Source: an uncultured Methanosarcinales archaeon (GTDB taxonomy: Archaea; Nanobdellota; Nanobdellia; Woesearchaeales; GW2011-AR4). Taken from it: a stretch of 52,813 nucleotides of DNA. Below the pieces are notes generated by a model. It did not search any database. It was not told the DNA's origin and saw only the letters and a list, made by a program, of their open reading frames with translations. Both the position numbers and the translations under genes were made by a program. Positions within the stretch are counted from its first letter, which is position 1, and the number at the start of each line of letters is the position of its first letter. This document shows, piece after piece, positions 29,001 to 37,389 of the stretch. The stretch spans positions 1-52,813 of the forward strand of contig CAYVTQ010000003.1 of the NCBI GenBank assembly GCA_964454865.1. Direction: 5' to 3'.

Positions 29001-30437
29001 GGCTGCTCCTGACGGCGGGGCTGCTGCTCTTTTTGCCAGCAGGGCTTTGTTTATTGCCTTTGCTGTTTTCTCGCCCACTTTTCCGTCACTTGTTAAAGGA
29101 TTGTTCTGCTCATCCTTATTTTTGCTCTGGAAATCCTTAACAGCAGCGCCTATTTTTTCAGGAGTGCTTAAATCAGCATAGCCAAGCTCTTTAAGCGCTT
29201 CAATTAAATTATTATCAGTGGCAGGTATCGTGCCTGCGCCTGACGGGACTGAAAGCTCTACTGCAGGTTTTCCCGCAGGAGCCTGCTGCTTTGCCTTTGC
29301 CTCAGCCAGCGATTTCGTTAAAGCCTGCAAGTCTGGATGGCTTTTTTTTGTTTCAGCATCAAAAAGCCTATCAACGCTTCCGCCAACACTCCTAAATCCT
29401 ACCGGATTATCGCCATTAAAATAAATTATTCTGCCATCGGCACCAGTATAAAACCTGTCATAAGCATTGCCCCCAATGTTTCCCGGCTTAATTGTAAGGG
29501 TGAATTTAGAAGTCGTTGCGCCTATTTGGACATCAACTGATGGTATGTCTGTAATGATAGCTGCGCCGCCTCCCTGCCCCAGTGGCACTCCATCACCTTG
29601 TTTGGTAGTTGCCGGCCCAACAGCTCCAGCAGATCCTTTTGTAATCTCATTGTTAATAGCAGGATCCAAATTTGGGATTAAATTAACATAGCTTAGAGCT
29701 AAGGCATATTTTTGCTTCTTCTGTTCAGGATCTTGAGTTGCTCTTACTTGCTCTAAATATTTGTTAAAATCATGTTCAAGATTAGCTTTTGCATCAATGC
29801 CTCTATCAATCGCCTTTTTGTGATATTCCATTGCTGTTGCATAATCTTCCTTACCCCTGTAACTAACACCTATATAAGGATATACACCAGGATCATCCCT
29901 AATTTTTAAGGCTTTCTTGTAGAATTCTATTGCTTCATCATATTGTCTTGAATTAAATTTAGAAACCCCAGTTCGAAAATTTAAGTCGTAAGCTTCTTGA
30001 ATTGTTAAAGGAGCGGTTTGTGAGCCGAATAGTATCTGGTTAGCTTGCGCTTGTGTTATTGTTTTGCCATTTATAGAAGCCCTTCCAGATTTAGTTACTT
30101 CAGAGATTTTTTGTGTCAATTCAGCGGGCGATTTCGCAGCCAGCAGACTTTGAATGAGCTTTACATCTTCATCATAAATTCTATCATCACCTTTGAATTC
30201 CGAAGTCCAATCTTTCCTACCTGATTCGCTATTAGGGTACACCTTTACTTCTGGTTTTTCTTTCTCATAATTCCATTGTAAAAATACTTCATCATCAATA
30301 CCCCAGTTACTAAAAACCAGCTTTACAATATCTGAAGCGCCTGTAGTTGTTGTTACTTGTCCACTTGTTGTCTGAGAATATACACTAATCATAATAATAA
30401 AAATACATGCCATAATCGCCAAAATCTTCTTTATCAT
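26049..30437 (-). CDS. Giant secreted protein (1462 aa): Sec signal, TPR, PG-binding-like module, coiled coil
   Basis: N-terminal signal MIKKILAIMACIFIIMISVYS/QT. TPR-like YDEAIEFYKKALKIRDD...YATAMEYHKKAIDRG. LGY...AVKDFQ...DGKVGEKT pattern. KE/RQ-rich coiled coil. Confidence 0.8.
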   Translation of the reverse strand: MIKKILAIMACIFIIMISVYSQTTSGQVTTTTGASDIVKLVFSNWGIDDEVFLQWNYEKEKPEVKVYPNSESGRKDWTSEFKGDDRIYDEDVKLIQSLLAAKSPAELTQKISEVTKSGRASINGKTITQAQANQILFGSQTAPLTIQEAYDLNFRTGVSKFNSRQYDEAIEFYKKALKIRDDPGVYPYIGVSYRGKEDYATAMEYHKKAIDRGIDAKANLEHDFNKYLEQVRATQDPEQKKQKYALALSYVNLIPNLDPAINNEITKGSAGAVGPATTKQGDGVPLGQGGGAAIITDIPSVDVQIGATTSKFTLTIKPGNIGGNAYDRFYTGADGRIIYFNGDNPVGFRSVGGSVDRLFDAETKKSHPDLQALTKSLAEAKAKQQAPAGKPAVELSVPSGAGTIPATDNNLIEALKELGYADLSTPEKIGAAVKDFQSKNKDEQNNPLTSDGKVGEKTAKAINKALLAKRAAAPPSGAAQAPIQEWPNPLLKGLDKKQLESNGVNDKIAQQYRAINSEITTEGIVELYAGENKVDPDDYDAYIRGIGIDKNDYAKMAQLENEFGDDFAAVAMNVAEENTEDGIRELRKYVTREELINLKNKDSDAVQEYIDKKKAEYDLKQERDRQRREKEAEKDKQRQPQGIETSAELKGVLSQLQVKVGGKDGIANPTSGTIYYSFEGANKGTALTEAEYLSLASRFPELKNQFKAVKPGHVMIFDASAKSYQELQANIRGIRLPPSAPGQVVGAAQPPGEQPDFSSNVLTVDTAQNAVITSITISKPDKDGIRTLTKKDGTAETSFAYDARLLNPEEIDKDNWDGSSNKIPLKEGKATLQLIPNVDMPGGGKLAQISILTSEDKDTIIERSFLHIAQGREYISTIKNAKGLENNPSSSEAQMTLETIWRDSAGNEIGRKTEVYKPGVNKVIESGPKARFYHAADYSKIESVDLNVRDDRGMLRSIKMNGAEYAKMPGDEFVKDDALREAAKLGITSVTSNNFDSSPAAETDDKKKFSKIGSKDDYVLLANGKITAVMGGKAVKQMTDQGKTIIIYSGKNTPPKQDANGFWSDTVLAEESVARTVKRDASGNDYVAAISVRLPKGSAFDETNTLVTDPTYANYELGSDGRATLTMSAVRDGEAHQIIKISGIQHDPTLLIPGSPNYGKPPKKFGDDGKLTELTDNQKSAWNTFHDKYAEGRNFLTRGQWDSQKFFAALDDILGKSAPTGRFLSDTYSYFLGDDVMKEWMKVMEKNSALGIVLEQDLFESKLCELAKIDLPPSDEGFVFTATPDGYPNIGAFIKATKQPYTAVDDQGKNVDKYLYLISFKINMAETNPPTAKKTVGVNIGLRSKNLLQRPLLLNENDKFTELQRNMQYGSPSMKPNEPNPAPIIFADTLDYDEACILFDDVPFYTGGNLKGIEKYYALCTAFREVGDKAKSIEEEKAEKTRQEAKAAPQDTKVNSRYSGGI

Positions 30438-30488
30438 GCCGAATGCAGCTCCAAAATTATTGCTTTTTTTCTCATTTTCCTTCCCATC

Positions 30489-33400
30489 TCATTCCTCCAA
30501 AATGCCAAGCTGCCTGCAGGGCTCCTGGCTGACCTGCTTGTTCAAGTCACCGAAATTCTGGACCTGTGATTTTGCAAGAGCCGTTGTAGCCGAAATTTTT
30601 GACACAAGCTCCAATGTGAGCTTTATCTGGCATCCGTAATATGCAAAGCCGTGCTCCATGCTCGGGTTGGTGCAGTACTGCCTGCATTGGGAGCGGGATA
30701 TAAGTTCAACTCCGACGTATCCCAACGCAAAAGGATTGAGCAGCACCTGCCTTATCAGCTCCTGATAATGCTTCCAAATCTGGTAGTGGGGCAGCCAGAA
30801 AAATACTTCTCCGACAACATATTTGCATACCTGCTGGTTCTTTATCTGCTCGCAGACAGCAGGATCCATTCCCTGCGCAACATACTGCTCAAGGCATGAG
30901 ACGTATCTGCATTTTAGCTGCATGAACTTGTCTGCATTATATACAATGCCGGGCAGGCAGCCAAACATCATTGAGCCGAGCAGGCTGTTCTGGGGATTCA
31001 TGTACCTGGCAAGGCTGTTGGGAGGATTGACTGTCATTCCCCTTGCTTCTGCTGATTGCTTTTGGGCATCCTTCTGCTCCTGCGTAGCCGGGGTGCACGG
31101 CTCATCAGAGCCTATTATTTTTCCGCCAACACAAATATCAAGCTTATCCAGTTTCATATCCACGGATGCCATATGGGATGCCAGCGGCAATTCATCCAGA
31201 ACATCCAGAATCTTGTTGCCCCAAAGCGTCTTGTCGCATGTCAGGTAAGCGCAGAATTTGCCGAATGTTTTCATTAAGCCGTGGCCCACATCCTGCCCTG
31301 TCTGCTCTGAATGGCATACTGCATTTCTAATAGTCCCTATTTTTTCTTCCAGAGGTATTCCTAAAATCTTGGCTATTCTTGCAGCAGCCGCTTTCGCGTT
31401 TAAGATTTTGGCTATAGTCAATAATGTCTCCATAACCTTGTAGAATGTATTAAACCAAGCGCAGATTTTTTGCGCAAAGAGCATCAGCTTCTTGAACGAT
31501 TCAAGCTTCTTGTTCCACTTCACAATGGAATCCTTTTCCTTCTCAATCTTTTCCCTCATTGCCTTTGCGGGGTCAGGAAGCTCAAACAGGCCCATCTTAA
31601 ACACAACAGCCTCCTCTTCAGGAATACTGTTTACAACATAAGCCTTTGATTGAGTGTCAAGAATTCTGGATTGAATGTTAAGCGTGCACACAATATCCAT
31701 ATATTCAGTTTCAGGCATCTCCATCTTGTTGAAGGTAAGAACAACAACAGGCTCTATGGTGCCGGGCGTGTCTCTTATAACAACTGCATTGCTTACATAG
31801 CTTTGCGTTCCTGAAGCAGAGCATTTAGGATCCTTTACCTTGATTGAAACAGTCTTCAAGGTGCCTGCGTCTTTTGTGGCATCCGCCAGAAGATTGCCAT
31901 TAGGCTCAAGCTTTACTGTGCAGTAAGACTTCATGCCGTTTGGAATGACCAAAACTGCTCCCCTGTCAATATTTTCCGGAGAGCATTTTTTCTCCTTAAT
32001 CTTCCAATAATCAACCTGCCCCGAAACTGCCCCACTAACTGAAATTTCTTTTTCAGCTATTCCTGCATTTCCAGCCGCGTCAGTAAATTTAAATTCAATG
32101 GTGTGTTGTTCGCCAGGATTGCTGAAGGAAATATCCCACTTGCACAGCTTATAGCCGATATAATCCTTCTCCTGGGCATCTGAGCATGTTATAGTTCTCT
32201 TATCATTTGCAAACGGGGTGAAATCGGCTTCTGCTGTCAGGGGATTTTCATCCTTGACATAAGCTATAACATTCACTGTGCCTGTCTTGATGAATCCTGC
32301 TTCTGCGCCGGTGTTTTTTATTATTATATCATTATCAGATTCAACGATTGGACTGACAGTGTCAATTACTACATTCACTTCCTTATTGCCAGTTAGTGGG
32401 TTTCCAAGAATGTCTTTTGTGCCGGAATCCAGCGTCAATTTTCCAGGGATTAATACAACATCCTGCCATACGCATTCAAACTTCTGATCTTTTTTAGCGC
32501 ATGCCGGCGCCTGGGTTATCTGGGGCTGGTTCAGCTTGATTTCAGAGCCTGCCAATCCTGTCGCCTCAGTGAAAATAATCTTTATATTGTTAGAGGAAGA
32601 TTTTGCGTATTGTTTTGCCTGATCCTGCTGATTATTTATTGAAATTGAATCAACTGCCAATTCCTTGTCTTCCTGGGCAAGGCTTAATGACAATTCCTTG
32701 AATCCTTTGCCCGCATCTTCCAGCTTGTTGCCGTATTTATCCTCTGCCTTTATGGAAAATTTTAACGGGCTGCTCCATTGCGTTATTGCTATGCCTTCCC
32801 ATTTGCAGAGAGTGTTGCTTCCAGATGCGGAGCATTCATTCGGCGCTCTTTCATCGGCAATTGAAGGGTTAATGTCCTTGAATATTCCCTTTACAGTGTC
32901 TGCCTTTACATCTTCGTCTTTTGTCCCTGAAAATTCAACATGGATTGAAAGCCCCGCCACTTCCCTGCCGGCAGGCGGCCTTTGCTTGATCTCTATGCCT
33001 CCTTTAAAAATTTTAAATGTTCCAACTACAGAAGGAGGATTTCTGTCCACGTTAATAGGAATTCGCTCAGTTACAGTGTGGCCGACCCAGTCTGACAAGA
33101 CTACAATTATTGCATTTGGGCCGTTGCTCAAGGTTTCTTTATCCCCTCCAAATTTTTCAGGCAGCTCATAAGGGTCCGATTTTGCTTCTGCGCATGCTCC
33201 AAGATCTGAAAGCTTCACTTCTCCAATCAGATTTTCGGGCCTAGCTGCATCATCCTTGAAAAATAAAATATTTTTCAGCCCCGAGCATTTTCCTCTGAAT
33301 TTGGCACAATCTTCCGGCTTTGTGCTGCCCGGGCATGGATTGTCTATTGCCTCATAAGATATCCTGTATTTTTTATTTGCAATCTCGGATATTGCAGCGG

Positions 33401-33863
33401 GCTTTTTTACGAATTCGGGCCTGTTAATGTCGAATGTGTATTCTTTTTCCTCCCTACCAGCCTCTTGTTTCCTGTCTTTATCCTTGTAAAGGACTGCAGT
33501 TGCCTCATGGGTTGCTAATGCAGCACTTTCCCAGACATATGCTGCTCCGGCAGCGGCTCCTTCGGGATAAGTATATGTGCATTGGGAATTTGTTGTTGGA
33601 AAATCCTTGCATTCTGTAAATCCCTTGTTTGAATTGAGCATTGACACCCTGTCCTTAAGGTCAGCAACAGGAGCAAAATCCAGCAAAACAACAAAAACTA
33701 TCCTTTCGTTTTCCGCAAGATAATTTTCAACGCCGCTTTTCTCTCCCTTGGCATAAAATTTTGTTATGCTTTCAGCATAGACGCTGAGAGAGTTTAGAGG
33801 CAGCATTAACACTAACAGAATCATGAAGCATGCGATTGTCTTCAAATATATTTTTTCTGTCAT
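30489..33863 (-). CDS. Giant secreted protein (1124 aa): Sec signal, Ig-like beta-rich region, Cys-rich helical C-terminal module
   Basis: Signal ...LPLNSLSVYA/ES. Paired cysteines throughout. About 15 Cys in the last roughly 340 aa. ATGA overlap with the upstream gene. Confidence 0.8.
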   Translation of the reverse strand: MTEKIYLKTIACFMILLVLMLPLNSLSVYAESITKFYAKGEKSGVENYLAENERIVFVVLLDFAPVADLKDRVSMLNSNKGFTECKDFPTTNSQCTYTYPEGAAAGAAYVWESAALATHEATAVLYKDKDRKQEAGREEKEYTFDINRPEFVKKPAAISEIANKKYRISYEAIDNPCPGSTKPEDCAKFRGKCSGLKNILFFKDDAARPENLIGEVKLSDLGACAEAKSDPYELPEKFGGDKETLSNGPNAIIVVLSDWVGHTVTERIPINVDRNPPSVVGTFKIFKGGIEIKQRPPAGREVAGLSIHVEFSGTKDEDVKADTVKGIFKDINPSIADERAPNECSASGSNTLCKWEGIAITQWSSPLKFSIKAEDKYGNKLEDAGKGFKELSLSLAQEDKELAVDSISINNQQDQAKQYAKSSSNNIKIIFTEATGLAGSEIKLNQPQITQAPACAKKDQKFECVWQDVVLIPGKLTLDSGTKDILGNPLTGNKEVNVVIDTVSPIVESDNDIIIKNTGAEAGFIKTGTVNVIAYVKDENPLTAEADFTPFANDKRTITCSDAQEKDYIGYKLCKWDISFSNPGEQHTIEFKFTDAAGNAGIAEKEISVSGAVSGQVDYWKIKEKKCSPENIDRGAVLVIPNGMKSYCTVKLEPNGNLLADATKDAGTLKTVSIKVKDPKCSASGTQSYVSNAVVIRDTPGTIEPVVVLTFNKMEMPETEYMDIVCTLNIQSRILDTQSKAYVVNSIPEEEAVVFKMGLFELPDPAKAMREKIEKEKDSIVKWNKKLESFKKLMLFAQKICAWFNTFYKVMETLLTIAKILNAKAAAARIAKILGIPLEEKIGTIRNAVCHSEQTGQDVGHGLMKTFGKFCAYLTCDKTLWGNKILDVLDELPLASHMASVDMKLDKLDICVGGKIIGSDEPCTPATQEQKDAQKQSAEARGMTVNPPNSLARYMNPQNSLLGSMMFGCLPGIVYNADKFMQLKCRYVSCLEQYVAQGMDPAVCEQIKNQQVCKYVVGEVFFWLPHYQIWKHYQELIRQVLLNPFALGYVGVELISRSQCRQYCTNPSMEHGFAYYGCQIKLTLELVSKISATTALAKSQVQNFGDLNKQVSQEPCRQLGILEE

Positions 33864-36619
33864 TTTATGTCTGGCGTGAAATAGCTCCTGTAAAACCTTG
33901 AATACTCGTCCAGCTTCTCAAGCTGGTTTAGATGGTCAATATCTTTAGGGCTGTTCACATCGTCATCTATGCCAAGGTCGATTGCATAAAATATTATATC
34001 TCCCTGCTGGTAAAGCGCAGGATTTGTGAAAAACACATTTTCAATGTTAACTCCACCTTCAGGAAAAATGGCGTCTTTAGCCTCTCCAAGAGGCTTATAG
34101 CTGCGCTCATCGGCATCTTGATCCTGGATAATCTCGCCGTACATGCAGCTTGTCGGCTTGTTTGTCTGAGCTGCGATAAATGCCTCATCGCCTGAAAATG
34201 AGGAAGGGCTCATTATAGCAGCGGAAAAATCCTCCTTGTCATCAGCATTGAAATCATTTGTTCTCAACGCCACAAGCTGCTCTACCCATTTTCCATCGGC
34301 GCCGAGGCACCTTACAGAGTAATCATAAGAATTGGGTATTCCGGGTATGCCGCTAGTTAAATGGGTGTATCCTTCCTCCGGAAATGGAATATAGCTGCCG
34401 TCGACAGTTCTTGATGCCAGCTTGTACTCGCATTTGGTTTTCGCATTTGTTTCTATTGCAAGGTAGCCCTGCTTTGTCCTGAAGCTTACAGGAGTTTTTG
34501 AGGATACAACTAAGTTTCCGGGCGCAGGCTGGGCTGAGGAAATGTCCATAGGGCCTATTTCAATATACTCCTGCTTCTTCGGATCAAGGCATTTCACGCT
34601 GTATTTATGGCTGCCCGGCTGCAGGCCTTTAAGCTTGCCCGCATGCACCAATGCAGAAGCGTCTTCGCCAAAATCTATGGCAGGAATTGTTATTTTTTTG
34701 CTGAAGCCTGAAAAGAGATTTAAAGAAGGCACTTCCATCTTGCTTTCAGGAATTACAACGCGGTCGTTCAAAAGCAGATTTATTGTTAAGTCATATGTGC
34801 CGTGCGCAAGAGTAATATTCGGAGGATTTGAGTAGTCTTTGCCTGTAAAAATTCCGAATGCGGTAAAAGGCTCCTCCCCAGCGTCCCCTTTTCTTGTAAG
34901 CGACAAAATTGCCTGCTCTTTCTCATTCAGCTCTTCTGCCTTGTACTTGTCAAAATCCCAGTAATCGCCGTATTTGGATTTTATAAAGAGTTTTTTATAC
35001 ACCTTGAATCTTTTCTCGACCAGTGGCTCAAGCCTGAATTCAATTTCGGCCCCGGGATTGGAGTCGGCATCATAATTCTTGGTCAGTCCGAGAAACCTCT
35101 CTGATTTGACTGTGACAGTGCCGCCGAAAGTGCCGTGGGGAAACTTATATTTTAAAATGCCGTTTTCATCTGTCGAGCCAATCGCGCAGCTTATCTCTGT
35201 TACAGTGTAGTATATTTCGGCAGAAGGAATGGGATTATTAGGGTATGTTGCATTGGCTACTTTTATTTCAACTTCGGGCCCGTCTCCTTCCGCGCTGCAT
35301 AAAGTCAGCCCTTCAAAAAAGCCTGATTCCCGGGAGTAGGCATCTGCAACGGCAGCTCCTGTCGGAATTGTCGGAGGCACTCTGATGCCAAGATGCTCCG
35401 GCACGTTGTCGACAATTTTGCTTTGCAGAAAGAAATTGAAGATGTATCCTTCATCGCCGAAAATAAATGCTGACGGATCGGTTATTGTGACTAAAACAGG
35501 ATACTGCACATCATAGGGATATTCTGATTTTTTTATTGGGAAGCCGGGGATTATGCTTGTTATTGATTCCTCCCTGCAGACAGGCTTGTTTCCCTTGCAA
35601 ACTTCAAATTGGAAAGGCTGCCTTGGATTCAGGTCATCCGGAAAATACCCGAACCTCACTTCATAATTTTCAACAGAAGCCGAGGTTATAGGCAAGGTAG
35701 TAAGCTTGTCATGGATTCCTTTTTCAATTTGGTCTTCAGTATCTAGGAGTTCATATCTTTTTGAATCCAACACCTGAAGAGCTTGAACATAAGAGCTTAA
35801 TATTTTTTTAAACTGCTGTTTTGCTGTTTCTTTGATTGTTATATCTGAGCCAAAGCCAAATTTAAGGGAATTCACAGGAGGCATAATTTTATCGGACGAA
35901 TAAACTGTAATCAAAGTCCTTGTGTATTTCTCAAGATACCTGTGGTCGGATTGGTTTTTTGCTATTGCAAACGCCAAATCATACATTTTTTTGATGCTGA
36001 AAGGCACCCTGACAAAAAATTTCCCAATCTCGAATTTTTGCCCCCCTCTTTCTGCCTTTATTGGATAGCCCACTTCAATGATTGTGTCCTCGTCAGTAAT
36101 GGTGACTTTTGGCGCCGGCTTTTCTTTTGCTTCTATAATAAACCCCTGCCTGGAGAATTCGTCAAAATCATTAATGCAGACATTTATCTTTTCTGCAATG
36201 TAATCTTCCAGCTCGCCCCCTATAGTTTTAAACCCGCGCCTTGAATCAAGTCCTGGCATTTGAAGGCGTGGCTGGCTGCCTCCTGCATAAAACCAGTATG
36301 CGACTTTGTGCTGCACTGAGTTTGGAAAAAATTCAAATGGATCAGGAGGAGTTATATATCCTCCGTTCCAGCCTATTTCCTCATAGCCCATTACAGCAGT
36401 ATCGTAAATGCACCTGTCAACAAAGTCCTGTATCGGGTTGAATTCAGCGGGAATTTCCTGCGCTTCAATTATGCTTTCTTCTATTTTTATTCCTGTCTGC
36501 ACTTTTGTTGTTGTGTAGAAATAAAATCCCCCTATAGCTATTATGAGGATGCCGACAATCAGGAATAGTGATGTTGCCTGCGCTTTTCTTGAAATTTTAT
36601 GCACTGCAATATTACTCAT
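33860..36619 (-). CDS. Large surface protein (919 aa) with type IV pilin-like (class III) N-terminal signal/anchor
   Basis: N-terminus MSNIAVHKISRKA/QATSLFLIVGILIIAIGGFYFY. CarboxypepD_reg-like stretch AIGSTDENGILKYKFPHGTFGGTVTVKSERF. Start is 2 nt after the RHH stop. Confidence 0.8.
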   Translation of the reverse strand: MSNIAVHKISRKAQATSLFLIVGILIIAIGGFYFYTTTKVQTGIKIEESIIEAQEIPAEFNPIQDFVDRCIYDTAVMGYEEIGWNGGYITPPDPFEFFPNSVQHKVAYWFYAGGSQPRLQMPGLDSRRGFKTIGGELEDYIAEKINVCINDFDEFSRQGFIIEAKEKPAPKVTITDEDTIIEVGYPIKAERGGQKFEIGKFFVRVPFSIKKMYDLAFAIAKNQSDHRYLEKYTRTLITVYSSDKIMPPVNSLKFGFGSDITIKETAKQQFKKILSSYVQALQVLDSKRYELLDTEDQIEKGIHDKLTTLPITSASVENYEVRFGYFPDDLNPRQPFQFEVCKGNKPVCREESITSIIPGFPIKKSEYPYDVQYPVLVTITDPSAFIFGDEGYIFNFFLQSKIVDNVPEHLGIRVPPTIPTGAAVADAYSRESGFFEGLTLCSAEGDGPEVEIKVANATYPNNPIPSAEIYYTVTEISCAIGSTDENGILKYKFPHGTFGGTVTVKSERFLGLTKNYDADSNPGAEIEFRLEPLVEKRFKVYKKLFIKSKYGDYWDFDKYKAEELNEKEQAILSLTRKGDAGEEPFTAFGIFTGKDYSNPPNITLAHGTYDLTINLLLNDRVVIPESKMEVPSLNLFSGFSKKITIPAIDFGEDASALVHAGKLKGLQPGSHKYSVKCLDPKKQEYIEIGPMDISSAQPAPGNLVVSSKTPVSFRTKQGYLAIETNAKTKCEYKLASRTVDGSYIPFPEEGYTHLTSGIPGIPNSYDYSVRCLGADGKWVEQLVALRTNDFNADDKEDFSAAIMSPSSFSGDEAFIAAQTNKPTSCMYGEIIQDQDADERSYKPLGEAKDAIFPEGGVNIENVFFTNPALYQQGDIIFYAIDLGIDDDVNSPKDIDHLNQLEKLDEYSRFYRSYFTPDIK

Positions 36620-36621
36620 TT

Positions 36622-36786
36622 TTATTTCTCCTTGTTCAGCTCTTTTTGTATTAATTCAAGATCATAGAGCTTCTGCTCCATCAGCTCACGAGCCAGCATG
36701 GACTTTTTCTTTCCAAGCCGGGCAGAAATTTTCTCCAGCAATTCATTAATTTCCTTAGATACAGTTATCCTTATTTGAATGCTCAT
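36622..36786 (-). CDS. Ribbon-helix-helix (CopG/Arc/MetJ-like) DNA-binding protein, 54 aa
   Basis: Manual translation, below the ORF-track size cut-off: MSIQIRITVSKEINELLEKISARLGKKKSMLARELMEQKLYDLELIQKELNKEK. Beta-strand then two helices. GGAG 6 nt upstream. Confidence 0.7.
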   Translation of the reverse strand: MSIQIRITVSKEINELLEKISARLGKKKSMLARELMEQKLYDLELIQKELNKEK

Positions 36787-36807
36787 TTAGTCTCCAATAT
36801 AACTAAA

Positions 36808-36884
36808 TTTATGCTTAATTATGTATACTTTAAGTACTACTATATAAAATTTGTTATTTAAAAGTTAGAATTTTATGCTTAATT
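36808..36884 (-). promoter_or_regulatory. Promoter/operator region of the RHH operon: two identical 13-mers flanking a TATA-like box
   Basis: TTTATGCTTAATT occurs at 36808-36820 and 36872-36884. The second is part of the inverted repeat TTTTATGCT..AGCATAAAA. TATA-like TTTTATATAGT on the minus strand lies at about 36838-36848. Confidence 0.35.
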
Positions 36885-37035
36885 TAGCATAAAAAAAGTA
36901 TTTTTTAGGTATAAAATTGAGACTAAAAATTTATAAATATACTTTATTTATACTGAAAAATGGATAAATATTTACCGGATATTTTGCCAAAATCAATTCA
37001 AGAGATAAATATTGTATAAGGGATTTAGCTGGCTT

Positions 37036-37137
37036 TAATCCTCCTTGCCGTTGATTGAAATAAATTCGAGGCGGAATTTTAATGGCAGTAAAAATTCCGC
37101 CGAGTGTTTCTTGGCCGCGAAGCGACGGAAAGAATTG
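37036..37137 (+). mobile_element. MITE-like structured repeat, family 2, copy 3 (internally deleted)
   Basis: Retains the left end (TAATCCTCCTTGCCG), the GGCGGAATTTT-N9-AAAAATTCCGCC hairpin and the right end. Lacks the GCGAGGCG...CGCCTCGC hairpin. Confidence 0.6.
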
Positions 37138-37389
37138 CAGCAACTTCAAAGATCTAAAAGTCCCTGTGCAGCAAAGAAGTTACTCATGGAAGGGAATACA
37201 TTGTAATAGCCTCCAGATAAATATAAATCCCAATAATATCCAAGAATTAAATAAATTCAAATCCGCAAGCTTTATAAAGTAGTGATTAATTCCAAATTGA
37301 ATGTATAAGTATCCTTCTTTAGATAAAGCACTATAAATTTATAGAATCTTTATACTAGGGAGGGATAACTATGCCTTTTCACGCTAAAT

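Noticed and set aside
36787-37389. The 600-nt AT-rich intergenic region as a replication origin
   Set aside because: There is no adjacent orc1/cdc6 and no recognisable ORB-type repeats. The repeats present are better explained as an operator and a MITE copy.
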